From: Candidatus Saccharimonadia bacterium
GTDB taxonomy: Bacteria; Patescibacteriota; Saccharimonadia; UBA4664
Assembly (NCBI GenBank): GCA_041743505.1
Contig: JBGTMQ010000021.1
Coordinates: 521 to 64,520, forward strand
DNA length: 64,000 bases
Direction: 5' to 3'
Shown here: piece after piece, positions 27,910-38,713 of the stretch
How positions within the stretch are numbered: the stretch's first letter is position 1
How the letters are laid out: each line of letters begins with the position of its first letter
Notes under the pieces: generated by a model
Databases searched by the model: none
What the model was told of the DNA's origin: nothing
Seen by the model: the letters and a program-made list of their open reading frames with translations, nothing else
Program-made: the position numbers and the translations under genes

Positions 27910-29334
27910 ATGAGTTTTCTTGCGGCCGCTCCTTTTATGCTGCTGGCCGATGCGACTGCCGCATCCAATGTGATGCGGTCGTTTGTGACGCCGATGGTAA
28001 GTACTCTCATAGCGATTGCTTCAATTGCTGTGGTGTTCTTCTTGATAAACGGTGGCATACAATTTATGACAAGCTCGGGTAATCCTGAGCGGTTGGAGCA
28101 TGCCAAAAAGGTAATTCGAAACGCCCTTATCGGCCTAGTAATGGTTATTGCCGCGGGTACTTTAACGGCGATATTGAGTCATGCCTACACTAGCGCAGGG
28201 CCAGCTGCTACCGAGAAGCTTCCGCAGATGGTGACCATTCAGCCGGGACCTGCATCGAATGGGCTGGTGGAGGCCATGATTAATACGGTCATGGGCTTTC
28301 TCAAGGCTGTGATTGAGTCTGCGGCCAAGCCATTTCTGGATGCACTACATTTCTTTACTAGCTCAACACCCTCCATGGCCGAAAACTCTAGCGTCTTTAA
28401 TCTTTGGCTGACAGTGGTTGGCATTGCTGATGCGCTTTTTGTCTTGGCAGTAGCCTTGCTAGGCTTCCATGTGATGAGCTTTGCGACGTTTGGCCTTGAA
28501 GAGATCGAATTTAAGCATTTGCTGCCTAAGATTGCTCTAGTGTTCCTCCTTGTGAACACATCGATTTTTGCCATTGATGCGGTTATTGCAGTATCCAATG
28601 CAATGATTAGCGCCGTAAATGCCGGGGCTTCATCAAAGTCGGTTTGGGAGTCGCTGAGTGCAGTCGTCAGCCAACCGGAGACCATTGGACTGGCTGGACT
28701 GCTGGTCATGGTGGCCTTCGTGGTCTTGTCGGTCATACTCATTGTTTATTATGTGTTGCGCTTGGTGACGCTATACATCGGGGCGGCACTGTCCCCTATC
28801 GTTTTTCTGCTTTGGCTTCTGCCTGGGTTTAAGGATTTTGCCGAAACAACCGCTAGGACGTATTTCAGTACAATTTTTGTGCTTTTCATTCACGTTGTCA
28901 TCCTGCAGCTCGCGGCTTCCCTTGTTGGAGGCGTGGCGCTGGCGACTCCCGACCAGGCGCTTGATCCGCTTATGTCGATGATCGTAGGTATTGCCACGAT
29001 ACTTGCGCTCCTGAAGACACAAAGCGTTCTTATGCAGCTATCGTTTGTAAGTTTGGGGCCGAAGACAGCGGCCATGCTTGGCGGGCAGCTAAGCAACGCC
29101 ATTAGTTACTATTCCGGAAAATCGGGCAGGTCATCTGTCGATAGGGGTGCCGATGACGGACGGTACAGCGAGAAGTCCAAGCGCGGATCAACATCGACGG
29201 CGAACTACTCAAGTACGACTCGAACGGCGCCAGCTGCAGCGACACCACCACAGCGGGCCAAGCCAGATGGGGCGGCCTCGGGCTCACCGCATAAAACCAG
29301 AGTGGCACCTAGATCAAAGAAAGGAGGTACATAA
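27910..29334 (+). CDS. VirB6/TrbL-like polytopic T4SS protein with an N-terminal pilin-like module
   Basis: Many TMs; R...L....ALSPI....W.LP; position in the tra operon. Confidence 0.7.
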   Translation: MSFLAAAPFMLLADATAASNVMRSFVTPMVSTLIAIASIAVVFFLINGGIQFMTSSGNPERLEHAKKVIRNALIGLVMVIAAGTLTAILSHAYTSAGPAATEKLPQMVTIQPGPASNGLVEAMINTVMGFLKAVIESAAKPFLDALHFFTSSTPSMAENSSVFNLWLTVVGIADALFVLAVALLGFHVMSFATFGLEEIEFKHLLPKIALVFLLVNTSIFAIDAVIAVSNAMISAVNAGASSKSVWESLSAVVSQPETIGLAGLLVMVAFVVLSVILIVYYVLRLVTLYIGAALSPIVFLLWLLPGFKDFAETTARTYFSTIFVLFIHVVILQLAASLVGGVALATPDQALDPLMSMIVGIATILALLKTQSVLMQLSFVSLGPKTAAMLGGQLSNAISYYSGKSGRSSVDRGADDGRYSEKSKRGSTSTANYSSTTRTAPAAATPPQRAKPDGAASGSPHKTRVAPRSKKGGT

Positions 29335-29846
29335 TGAAAACGGCAATTGTTCCGGCACAGATCACGACTGTTGAGGATAAAGTCGCGGGGAACCTAGGCC
29401 TTTCTCAGCTACTGCTGTTGGCTGCGCCGGTGTTCATCGGGGGTGCTGTCTATATTATCCTTCCGCCAAGCCTCGGCGCGGCACTCTATAAACTCGTCGT
29501 CGTGACGATCATTAGCTTAGTCTTTGGCTTATTGGCTATTAGGATTAAGGGCCGCATCCTGCTGTTTTGGGCGATTACGATTGCGCGATACAACTTACGG
29601 CCGCGGCATTATGTATTCGACAAGAATGACATGCATCTGCGGTACAAGAGCGAGAAAGGCGTCGAGGCGCATACCACGGCAGATCAAGCGCAGAATCCCA
29701 AGGCGGCGAACCATAAGGTAGCCCCAGGTTTGAGTACCACAGACACCGTGATGCTTGAGGGAATTATTGCCAATCCTGAGGCAAAATTGCATTTTATAAC
29801 CGACCGGAAAGGGGGCTTGAGTGTCCGCATTACAGAAGTCAAATAA
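29334..29846 (+). CDS. PrgI-family (VirB3-like) protein
   Basis: VPAQITTVEDKVAGNLGLSQL plus two TMs. Confidence 0.75.
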   Translation: MKTAIVPAQITTVEDKVAGNLGLSQLLLLAAPVFIGGAVYIILPPSLGAALYKLVVVTIISLVFGLLAIRIKGRILLFWAITIARYNLRPRHYVFDKNDMHLRYKSEKGVEAHTTADQAQNPKAANHKVAPGLSTTDTVMLEGIIANPEAKLHFITDRKGGLSVRITEVK

Positions 29847-30435
29847 GAAACAGTCCTCACGTCAGCAGATCAATATCAAGGGCGTGCAAGACGGAGTCTT
29901 GATGCTGCCAGGCGATCAGTACCGGGTTATTCTCGAAGCTTCGGCCATAAACTTTGAACTTAAGAGTGACGATGAGCAGGATGCGATTATTGAGGCTTAC
30001 CAAAGCTTTCTCAACTCCCTGTCATGTCCGGTGCAGATTCTGGCACGGATTCGCGAGATGGATATGCAGCAATATCTCGATAATTTCCGGCAGGCTTCAG
30101 CTCAGGAGAAGGAGCCGATCTATCGTGATCAGATCAACAACTATGCTGAATTCGTTCAGAGCCTCGTTAACACGAATAAGATTCTTTCCCGCCGCTTCTA
30201 CGTGGTTATTCCGCACACCGACTATTACGGCGACGGTTTTGAGGCCGTTCACGAGCAGCTGCTACTGAACAGCGATATTGTTGGCAAAGGCCTGAGCCGG
30301 CTTGGCATTCAGACGCGCCAGCTTAGCAGCCTGGAGGTTCTCGATCTCTTTTACACCTTTTACAATCCTCAGCAGGCCAAGCGGCAGCCCATCACTGAGC
30401 AGACTCTGCGGCTACTTAAAGATTCTTACCTATAG
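29821..30435 (+). CDS. T4SS protein resembling the VirB4/TraC N-terminal domain
   Basis: INFELKSDDEQDAI...FLNSL..PVQI, RRFYVVIP. Confidence 0.7.
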   Translation: MSALQKSNKKQSSRQQINIKGVQDGVLMLPGDQYRVILEASAINFELKSDDEQDAIIEAYQSFLNSLSCPVQILARIREMDMQQYLDNFRQASAQEKEPIYRDQINNYAEFVQSLVNTNKILSRRFYVVIPHTDYYGDGFEAVHEQLLLNSDIVGKGLSRLGIQTRQLSSLEVLDLFYTFYNPQQAKRQPITEQTLRLLKDSYL

Positions 30436-30441
30436 GAGCAT

Positions 30442-32178
30442 TTGATGGAATTCTGGGAACAAATTACTGCATGGAAGAAGCGCCGCGATGAGCGGCCAAA
30501 AGAATTGGCTCTTAGTTTTGGTGAGCAGGACCCGATGGATATTATTTCGTACGCCGGAATGGAGGAGCAGGTAGACCATCTGTGCATCGACGGCCAGTTT
30601 ATGCGGACGCTGTATATCTCCGGCTATCCGTTTGTGGCAGCCTCGGGCTGGCTCAATAGTCTGGTAAATTTTAATCACAATGCGGACATTTCGTACCACC
30701 TGACAGCGGTTAACGCGACGCAATCCCTGCCAAAACTAAACCGCAAAATCACCGAGCTAGAATCAACAAAAAGAGCGATGGTTCGCAACGGCAAGATTGT
30801 CGGCCCCGAGGTTACAGACCCGCTAGAGTCTGCAACTGAACTGCGCAATAAGATTTTGCGAGGGCAGGAAAAGCTATTCCAGGTTTCGATTTATGTAGCT
30901 CTGACCTCCGAAACGCTGGCTGAGCTGAACAGCGTTACGAAGATGCTAGAAACCGAGTTGTCGTCGCGGTTGTTTTACACCAAAGTTGCACGATATCAGC
31001 AAGTCGAGGCATTACAGTCGGTGCTGCCGCGAAGCGAGAATATCCTGGACCAAAAGCGGAACCTAGACAGCTCGTCGGCGGCTCTGACATTTCCACTGAT
31101 GTCGTCCGAGCTGGTGCAGGAATCTGGTATCCTCTACGGGGTCAACAAGTCCAACAACTCTCTGGTGATCCTCGATCGCTTTAGCCTAAATAACGCCAAT
31201 AGCATCGTGTTTGCTCAGTCGGGCAGCGGTAAGAGCTACGCGACGAAAGTCGAGATTCTGAGGCAGTTAATGCAAGGCACAAGGGTCATCGTGATCGATC
31301 CGGAGCGAGAATATAAACTGCTGGCCGAATCCGTGAATGGTTCGTACATCAAGCTTTCAGCTAACTCCAGAGAAAAGATTAACCCGTTCGACTTGGCAAC
31401 AACGGCCCGCTCGAAAGAGCATCTGTCCGAGCATGTGCAGGATTTGACGGAAGTCATTTCGCTCATGGCAGATGGGCTTGATTCCAGCGAGGCGGCGGCG
31501 GTCGATAAGGCGATTCTTAAAATTTATCACGAGGCTGGCGACGAGATGCCGCTGCTTCGTGACCTCTACGCAGAGCTGCGAAAGCTCGGTCACTTAACAC
31601 TGTGCGAGCGGCTTGAGAAGTATATCAGCGGCTCATTGGCCGGCGTCTTTAACGAGCAGACTAATATTAAGCTCGACAACCGGCTGGTGGTGTTCGATAT
31701 CAAGGACATGCCCGAATCGCTGCGCCAGATTATGATGATGATTATTTCCAGCTTCGTGCAGAATGAGGTAAAGGTACACCCGCAGAAGCGCATGCTAATT
31801 ATTGATGAGGGCTGGCTGCTTCTGGAACACGAGCAAAGCGCCCGATTTGTAACGGGCCTGGTGCGACGTGCTCGAAAATATTACCTGGGCGTTTCGATCA
31901 TCTCGCAGCAGGCTAACGACTTTTTGCGAAGTGACTACGGCCGGGCAATAGCCTCGCAAAGCAGTTTGCGAATTCTAATGCGCCAGGATACGACGACCAT
32001 CAAAAACGTGGCAATGGAGTTCAATTTGAGCGAGTGGGAGGAGAGCTTCTTGCTCACTTGCGAGAGGGGCGACGCACTGATTATCGCAGACCAGAACCAT
32101 GTTGCTGTTAAAGTTGTGGCCTCTAGTAAAGAGCACCCTCTCATTACTACAAACCCGACAGAGCTATACCAGCCATGA
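30442..32178 (+). CDS. virB4: VirB4-like conjugation ATPase
   Basis: AQSGSGKS Walker A, IDPEREY, INPFD, IIDEGW, RRARKY. Confidence 0.88.
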   Translation: MMEFWEQITAWKKRRDERPKELALSFGEQDPMDIISYAGMEEQVDHLCIDGQFMRTLYISGYPFVAASGWLNSLVNFNHNADISYHLTAVNATQSLPKLNRKITELESTKRAMVRNGKIVGPEVTDPLESATELRNKILRGQEKLFQVSIYVALTSETLAELNSVTKMLETELSSRLFYTKVARYQQVEALQSVLPRSENILDQKRNLDSSSAALTFPLMSSELVQESGILYGVNKSNNSLVILDRFSLNNANSIVFAQSGSGKSYATKVEILRQLMQGTRVIVIDPEREYKLLAESVNGSYIKLSANSREKINPFDLATTARSKEHLSEHVQDLTEVISLMADGLDSSEAAAVDKAILKIYHEAGDEMPLLRDLYAELRKLGHLTLCERLEKYISGSLAGVFNEQTNIKLDNRLVVFDIKDMPESLRQIMMMIISSFVQNEVKVHPQKRMLIIDEGWLLLEHEQSARFVTGLVRRARKYYLGVSIISQQANDFLRSDYGRAIASQSSLRILMRQDTTTIKNVAMEFNLSEWEESFLLTCERGDALIIADQNHVAVKVVASSKEHPLITTNPTELYQP

Positions 32179-32672
32179 AGCCGCTACTGATGCTGGGCGC
32201 AGTGTCATTCAAAAAAGAGATTGCGATCGTGCTTGTTTCATTGGGTGTGATCGTGTCTCTGCCGGTTGTCGCGCTCGCGTCCGTTGTGGATGTGGGGCAA
32301 ATGAAGGACCCGGAGGTCAAGCTCTATACCGGGCCAGTCTCGACAACGAACACCTACGTTTTCGGTCATTGCACATACTGGGTTGCAATACGGCGCGAAC
32401 AAACAGGCACTCCCATTCCGAACAATTGGGGCCACGCGAAAACATGGGCTAGTAACGCGATTAGCCAAGGCTATAAGGTCGACCATGTCCCGGTTGTGGG
32501 GTCAATCATGCAAACGACGGCAGGGCTATTCGGTCATGTGGCATATGTTGAGAGCGTAAACACAGCCGATCGCAGCTGGACTATTTCTGAAATGAACTTT
32601 GTAGGGTGGGATGTGATGAGCAACCGCACCTTGCCCGCGAAAGCAGCGCTTGATTATAACTTTATTCACTAG
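32175..32672 (+). CDS. CHAP-domain peptidoglycan hydrolase
   Basis: YVFGHCTYW, WGHAKTW, GHVAYVE, ISEMN. Confidence 0.9.
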   Translation: MKPLLMLGAVSFKKEIAIVLVSLGVIVSLPVVALASVVDVGQMKDPEVKLYTGPVSTTNTYVFGHCTYWVAIRREQTGTPIPNNWGHAKTWASNAISQGYKVDHVPVVGSIMQTTAGLFGHVAYVESVNTADRSWTISEMNFVGWDVMSNRTLPAKAALDYNFIH

Positions 32673-32680
32673 GGGCTGAG

Positions 32681-35287
32681 ATGGAGACTATCACCGAGTA
32701 TTCGCTAGACATCCTATCCTCACTGCTGCCTGTGGTAGTAGTCTTCCTCGTGGTGATTCTGCTCATAGGGCTCGCCGTAGCGGTATTATTCCGCATCTTG
32801 ACCCTCCGTCGTCTATTCCGGCAAAAGTGGGTATTTTTAGAGCTTACGCCCCCAGCACAGACTGATAAATCACCGGAGGCTACTCAGCAATTATTCTCGG
32901 TTTTGCATGGATTGGACTCGGTACGCTCGCATAAAGATACCCTCCTACGGCGAAAGGAAGTATTCTCGCTTGAGGTTGTCTCGACCCGAGAGCAAGGCAT
33001 CCGCTACATAATCCGAGTTTCGGAGCATGAGGCGCCAATATTCGAGCAGACAATTGCCTCATATCTGCCGGAAGTCCGCCACAGGCGTATTAAGGATTTT
33101 CTGCCGGAGTCGTTTAGAAGCGGCGCCGTTCGTGTGCTCGATTTTAAACAGATGGGTCACTTCGCCTATCCATTACAAAAACAATGGTCGCTCAATGAGC
33201 ACGACCCTATCGCCTACCTAACCGGTACTATGACCAAGCTCGCAGCTAACGAAATGGTCGTGTTCCAGATTGTCGCTTCACCTACCAGAGTCCGCGAGGC
33301 AGAAGCAATTGCGGGGCGCATTCTCAACAATGCCGAATTGCTGCACAGGCTTGGTAAGCGGGGGCTGCCCGGCATTGGCGGCCTGTTTGCGGCTATCAAC
33401 TTAGTACTGTTTGGCACCCTGGAATCCATTAGTGAGCTTTCCCGTAGTTCACCGACACATGCGGGTCAGACCGGTGGCCGCGATGTCCAGCGTGAGCGTG
33501 ATGTGGCGATGAGAATCAAGCCGGCACGTACGCTGAGCGCTTTTGAGCAGCAGTTGGCCGAATCGGTGCATGACAAGGTGAGTCAGCCTCTTTTTCGGAC
33601 CAATATACGCGCATTGGTAGTAACGGCGAGCCCCCAAAACCGGGCGCAGAGACTTAAGGGCATACAGGCCTCGCTCATGTCCTTGAGCCTGCCCAAGTAC
33701 CAGTCGCTTAAGGCGCGTTATGACTTTCCATATTTCATCAGGGGTAGATTGAACACCTTTGCATTCCTCAGCCGCCTGCCGTCCCCGCTGCCGCTCAAAT
33801 CGGTTTTGCTTTCTGCGTCTGAAGTTGCCAATATATATCACTTCCCTTTTAGCCTAACGGCTAAGACCGAGAACGTAGTGCGGTCACTTAGCCGGACGCT
33901 TCCGGCACCTATTTCACTCAAGGGCAAGGCTGAGTTCGACGTCGTCTTGGGTCGGAATCATCATCACGGCACTACTACCGATATCGGCCTGACTGCCGCC
34001 GAACGCGAGCGCCATGTTTACGTGCTCGGAGGCACCGGCAACGGTAAGACTACGATGCTCGAGTATTCAATTGTTCAGGACATTCAGAGCGGCAAAGGCG
34101 TTGCCGTTGTCGATCCACACGGTGATCTAGCGGAGAAACTTTTGCGCTTTATCCCCGAGAACCGCATCAAGGACGTCATTTACTTTAATCCGGCGGATTT
34201 AAAGTATCCGGTTGGGCTGAACTTGCTTGAGCTACCGGAAGGTTTGTCCGGCGACGAGCTTATCGACGCCAAAGACTTTATAACTGAGGCAATTATTTCA
34301 ATAATGCGAAAGATTTTCTCGGATGACGATACGGGCGGACACCGCATTGAGTATGTTTTGCGAAATACGGTGCAAACGGCACTAACAGTGAAAGATGCGA
34401 CCCTGTTCACCGTTTTCGACTTGCTGACCGATTCGAAGTACCGAAAGAAGATTGTTAAAACACTCGAAGATGAGAAATTAAAGAACTTCTGGAAGGAGGA
34501 AGTCGGCAAAGCCGGCGATTTCCAGCGTGTTAAGATGTCGGCTGGCGTGACGGCCAAGATTGGGCGGTTCCAGTTCTCGGCCTCCGCAGAGCGCATCTTG
34601 AGCCAGCCAAAGTCTACAATTAATTTCGAAGAAATACTCGACGGCAAAATTCTGATCTGCAATTTCGCCAAGGGGTTGATCGGCGAAGACACCTCCGAGC
34701 TGTTTGGTATTAGCACGCTAGCAAAGCTGCAGCTGGCGGCATACCGTAGAGTGAAGCAGAAGCGAGCAGACCGGAAACCGTTCTATCTCTACGTGGACGA
34801 GTTTCAAAACTTTGCCACGATGTCTTTTGTGCAGATGCTGTCTGAGGCACGAAAATATAGAGTCTTCTTGACGATGGCCGAGCAGTCCACATCCCAGCAG
34901 GACGACCAGCGCATGGTTAATACGATCTTAGCTAATGTTGGGACAGTTGTTTGTTTTCGGTCGGGGAGCCCGGCCGACGAGCAGCTTATCCTTCCCCTCT
35001 TTTCGCCCTATATCCAAGAGGGCGAGATCGCCAACCTTGCTACCTATAATTTCTACGCGCGGATATCGGCCGTGTTGTCTCAAGAGCCTGTTTCGGGCGA
35101 GACGCTATTGCTGGAGAACTCCGGCAGCGAAATGATCGCACAATCGGCCATTAGCGCGTCGCGCGCAAATTATGCCCGGCAGCACAAACCAACTGTTAAT
35201 GTGACGGACGCTAGGCCCGCCACGACAAAGCGAAAACCAAAAAAGCCCATTGCCGCGAGCCAGACCACGGCTCTACCAGGAGACTAG
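32681..35287 (+). CDS. VirD4/TraD-type coupling protein
   Basis: HVYVLGGTGNGKT, VDPHGDL, LYVDEFQNF, SEARKY, ILANVGT. Confidence 0.85.
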   Translation: METITEYSLDILSSLLPVVVVFLVVILLIGLAVAVLFRILTLRRLFRQKWVFLELTPPAQTDKSPEATQQLFSVLHGLDSVRSHKDTLLRRKEVFSLEVVSTREQGIRYIIRVSEHEAPIFEQTIASYLPEVRHRRIKDFLPESFRSGAVRVLDFKQMGHFAYPLQKQWSLNEHDPIAYLTGTMTKLAANEMVVFQIVASPTRVREAEAIAGRILNNAELLHRLGKRGLPGIGGLFAAINLVLFGTLESISELSRSSPTHAGQTGGRDVQRERDVAMRIKPARTLSAFEQQLAESVHDKVSQPLFRTNIRALVVTASPQNRAQRLKGIQASLMSLSLPKYQSLKARYDFPYFIRGRLNTFAFLSRLPSPLPLKSVLLSASEVANIYHFPFSLTAKTENVVRSLSRTLPAPISLKGKAEFDVVLGRNHHHGTTTDIGLTAAERERHVYVLGGTGNGKTTMLEYSIVQDIQSGKGVAVVDPHGDLAEKLLRFIPENRIKDVIYFNPADLKYPVGLNLLELPEGLSGDELIDAKDFITEAIISIMRKIFSDDDTGGHRIEYVLRNTVQTALTVKDATLFTVFDLLTDSKYRKKIVKTLEDEKLKNFWKEEVGKAGDFQRVKMSAGVTAKIGRFQFSASAERILSQPKSTINFEEILDGKILICNFAKGLIGEDTSELFGISTLAKLQLAAYRRVKQKRADRKPFYLYVDEFQNFATMSFVQMLSEARKYRVFLTMAEQSTSQQDDQRMVNTILANVGTVVCFRSGSPADEQLILPLFSPYIQEGEIANLATYNFYARISAVLSQEPVSGETLLLENSGSEMIAQSAISASRANYARQHKPTVNVTDARPATTKRKPKKPIAASQTTALPGD

Positions 35288-35372
35288 CTCGTATCAATGC
35301 CCCCTGCCGGCTTTACTCTCGCCTGTAAGGCGAAAGTTCTACAAGGGGCAGGCACGCGTTTTATACGTTACT

Positions 35373-36731
35373 TTACTGACCCGCCTGTATCGATCCACGA
35401 GCAAATGCCTCAAGGATCCTTTTGCTCGGGAAATCGGAGAGCGATATGAGGCGGTTAGCTAAAGCAACAGGGATCAATGCGTTATCGTACATTGAACATC
35501 GCAGCTCACCAAGAACGGAAAGAACGCTCGTAAGATTGTGGAAGTCTGCATACGATGGGTTCGGTGAGTATTTACTCATCGGAACAGTCGCCACATAAAC
35601 ATTACCGTCTTTAGCTTTGTATATAAACTTTCCTCCCCAGTAAGTGTTGCTACCGTAAGCATCGGGGCCCTTAGGATCACCCGGCACAATGTATTTATAG
35701 ATATATTCGTTAGACAGAAGCAAGACCGAGCCTGGTCGCATTTGACCCTCGATTAGCATAGCGTGTTCAACGAATGGCCCACTCTTTTCTAGGCCCGCCG
35801 CGTTGAGAAGAGGAGGCTCACTCGGCTGGTTCTCTTGGACTCCTAAGAATTCAGCCAACTCCCGCATGGGCTTCGACAATGGCGCCGTCTGACCAAAGAA
35901 GGCCAATGGGCCGTCTTTGATAAATAATACCTCCCGCAGAAGGCTAGGCTTAAGCTCCCACAATGTCTTGATGAGGTGCACTAGCACAATCTGCTCTAGC
36001 ATTGTCATTACATAGCTGGTGATACCACCCGCTCCCTGCTCTTCATCTATTCGTTCATGCAACCGCAGGGCGTCCACAAGATAGATCGGCGCTCCGCAAG
36101 TTGTACAGGCTTGTTCGTCGGGCGAGTCATTTGAGAGCACAATATATGTCCGCGTACAGCCGACATTCGGACAGGACGGTATATCCCAGGTTTTGGCGCC
36201 GTCTGGTTTCCAGCCTCTAAATAAAATCCATCTTAATGCTTCAGATAAGGGCTTCTCTTCATCTTGGGCCTTTGTGAAGAAATCATGCAGGCTTGAGCGT
36301 ACGGAGTCGATGAGTGATTGACTAGCACGGGAAATGTTTTTAGTCGGGAGTACAAGCGTATAGCGCTGGATATTTTTAAGCTTTGCTAAATCCTCAGGGG
36401 CAATGAACGGCTGATTATCGAGTTCACGTAATTCCTCAAGCTTAAAAAGCAAGGGACCGAAAGCAAAAAAGGTTATTACGGATGATGGAAATTCGTTCCG
36501 GACAGCGGCCTCCCTATAGCTTCCATCAACAGCAACAACTGCTTTGATTTTCTGATCCTCGACCTCTGGTACATCCTGTATAAGAGCTTCTAGGACGGAT
36601 TTTTCTGCTGCTTTTGGCACCGTGCAGCCGTCCAGAAATGCTTGAACGGTTGGGTTATTAATAATATTGCTATGGGATATTTTGCTCGCCCTCTCCATGG
36701 GCTTGCGCCCTTTGGCGCTACCATATGCCAT
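35373..36731 (-). CDS. NurA-family nuclease
   Basis: AVDGS, FIKDGPL, LEKSG, IPVALAN motifs; translationally coupled to HerA. Confidence 0.8.
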   Translation of the reverse strand: MAYGSAKGRKPMERASKISHSNIINNPTVQAFLDGCTVPKAAEKSVLEALIQDVPEVEDQKIKAVVAVDGSYREAAVRNEFPSSVITFFAFGPLLFKLEELRELDNQPFIAPEDLAKLKNIQRYTLVLPTKNISRASQSLIDSVRSSLHDFFTKAQDEEKPLSEALRWILFRGWKPDGAKTWDIPSCPNVGCTRTYIVLSNDSPDEQACTTCGAPIYLVDALRLHERIDEEQGAGGITSYVMTMLEQIVLVHLIKTLWELKPSLLREVLFIKDGPLAFFGQTAPLSKPMRELAEFLGVQENQPSEPPLLNAAGLEKSGPFVEHAMLIEGQMRPGSVLLLSNEYIYKYIVPGDPKGPDAYGSNTYWGGKFIYKAKDGNVYVATVPMSKYSPNPSYADFHNLTSVLSVLGELRCSMYDNALIPVALANRLISLSDFPSKRILEAFARGSIQAGQ

Positions 36732-38698
36732 TAAACGGCCTCGGCTTGTGCTTCACTTTTTGGAGCTTCGGCCACAATAACCTTAAATTGATCCACTTGT
36801 ATCGGGACGATGAAGGTATTCGAGTCAGTTTTAAGCCGGATAAAGCCTCGATCGGTTGTTCGGCGGAGGCTGTCGGTGAAGTCTTCAAAGTCGTAATACT
36901 TATTGAGCTCACGAAGTTCATCTTGGTTGTTGAGATGAGAAACGAACCAGTTCTGAGTGTTTTTGAGAATACTTCCGGAAATAGAGCTGACTTCCTGGGT
37001 CGCATAGCACAGGCCAAGTCGTAGCTTCTGGCCTTCTTTCGCTAGGCGGTTATAGATATTGGTGAGATCTTTTTCTTCTTTACGCGGGAAAAGGTTGTGC
37101 GCTTCTTCAAAATACATTTGTATGAAGTTTGCGGGTTCGTTATCGATGAACCTCTTCATGGCTTCGCCGAAGATCTTTTTACATACACGGTCGGAGTATA
37201 CCCGTTGTATGTGCGGATCACCCTGTGAAAGATCTATAAGAACGATTTTGCCGGATCGCAAAAGTTCCACTATCTCGTCCTCAAAGGATTCTCCAATGGT
37301 GGCCGTGTGGAGGTCACGCCCTTTAATAAATTTTCTATACCCGCTTTCGCTTGAGTTTGCACCCGGCCTGGATTTTCGAGTAAGAAACCGCATCAAGGTT
37401 TGAAGATCTTCTTCGGCCCATTCGCGTCCGCCCTTCGACTTCTTCAGTGCCTGGAATGGACCGCCCGAGTCAGCGTAATTGTCCCATGCGGCGCTAAACC
37501 AAGCGGCTGCATCGTCTAGGCTTAAGCCCGACTTGGGCTCGACTCCTTTCAGGCCGGGAATCTCTGACTCTCTGATCTCTTTGGCGGAATCGAAATACAC
37601 TTTTTCATCGGTCTGAGCAAAGCCCGCCTTGAATAGACACGCCTTGTATGCCGCAATTTTCCGTTTATATTTAATCGTCGCCCCAACGTCTTCGTTGTCC
37701 GGCTCTTCCCAGTCTATGTTCAAGAAAGCCTTAACGTAATCGGCGGTGTCGTCAGCAAGTAGAGTGGAGAGCAAACCGAACCCATCTGTTACCGACTTAT
37801 AAAAGTTCAGTTTCATTACCTTGAAGCCTGTTTTTTCCATAACACTGTAGCGGGTTACTTCGTTTGGGTACTGCTGGAAAATCGCCGTGCCGTCGTCCTG
37901 CTGGTTGGTATTTGCGTACTCGCCATTTATGTCGAAAACAATTTGGCCTACGGGCTTCACGGGGGCGCCATTCATCGGAGCGCCCGAATTTGATATGCCC
38001 ACAGTCGCCTGGATAATCTTTTTTACGGAGTTGGATTTTCCAGTTCGGGTCATTCCAAATAGTGCAGTTCTTTTACCGAGGAAATCGATTGGAGTGACAA
38101 ATACTGGCACATCTTCGCCGGAAAGGTGTCGCTGGCTTGAACTATAGCGAATTTTGCCAATCCGCTCGTCGCCTTTACCGCCTGGTATTCCCTGCTCTCT
38201 GAAGTTGACGATGTATTCGAGCAACTTACCCGTTGGCTTGATCACCTCATAGCTATTAGGGGCGTAAAAGTTATCCAAATCTCCAGCGAATTTTACATCA
38301 CCAGCGTCATTGCGGTAAAAAGAGCCGATAACCCGACATTCCAACCCCGAATACTGAAACTCTGCGCGGGTGTAGGAATCGAGCTGAGAGCCGGCGGATT
38401 GTTCCTTGTAATGGTCAACCATTGCGGCAACAACGTCATCGTCCGTAGGGAGACGCGTAGGACGAAGGACACGAACTAAGATCGCTTCATCTATCCCGTC
38501 TTCAGCGGTGTACCGGCAGAGTAGAAAAGCTCCCGCAGGGACACCGCTAACTTTTCGTTTCCAGCTATCGTTTGACAGGAGTTTCAGTGTGTTGAAGTCG
38601 AGATAGAATGGGCGCCCGACAAATGCATCTTGTTTTTTGGCCTCAGCGAATAAGTCCACCGTGGCTAGTTGTTTGAGTTCTTCGATTACAGAAGCCAC
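36731..38698 (-). CDS. HerA-family ATPase/translocase
   Basis: HAS-barrel-like N-terminus; ALFGMTRTGKSN; IVFDINGEY; FEEAHN; YATQ. Confidence 0.85.
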   Translation of the reverse strand: MASVIEELKQLATVDLFAEAKKQDAFVGRPFYLDFNTLKLLSNDSWKRKVSGVPAGAFLLCRYTAEDGIDEAILVRVLRPTRLPTDDDVVAAMVDHYKEQSAGSQLDSYTRAEFQYSGLECRVIGSFYRNDAGDVKFAGDLDNFYAPNSYEVIKPTGKLLEYIVNFREQGIPGGKGDERIGKIRYSSSQRHLSGEDVPVFVTPIDFLGKRTALFGMTRTGKSNSVKKIIQATVGISNSGAPMNGAPVKPVGQIVFDINGEYANTNQQDDGTAIFQQYPNEVTRYSVMEKTGFKVMKLNFYKSVTDGFGLLSTLLADDTADYVKAFLNIDWEEPDNEDVGATIKYKRKIAAYKACLFKAGFAQTDEKVYFDSAKEIRESEIPGLKGVEPKSGLSLDDAAAWFSAAWDNYADSGGPFQALKKSKGGREWAEEDLQTLMRFLTRKSRPGANSSESGYRKFIKGRDLHTATIGESFEDEIVELLRSGKIVLIDLSQGDPHIQRVYSDRVCKKIFGEAMKRFIDNEPANFIQMYFEEAHNLFPRKEEKDLTNIYNRLAKEGQKLRLGLCYATQEVSSISGSILKNTQNWFVSHLNNQDELRELNKYYDFEDFTDSLRRTTDRGFIRLKTDSNTFIVPIQVDQFKVIVAEAPKSEAQAEAV

Positions 38699-38713
38699 AC
38701 TGCGGCCCTTTGT

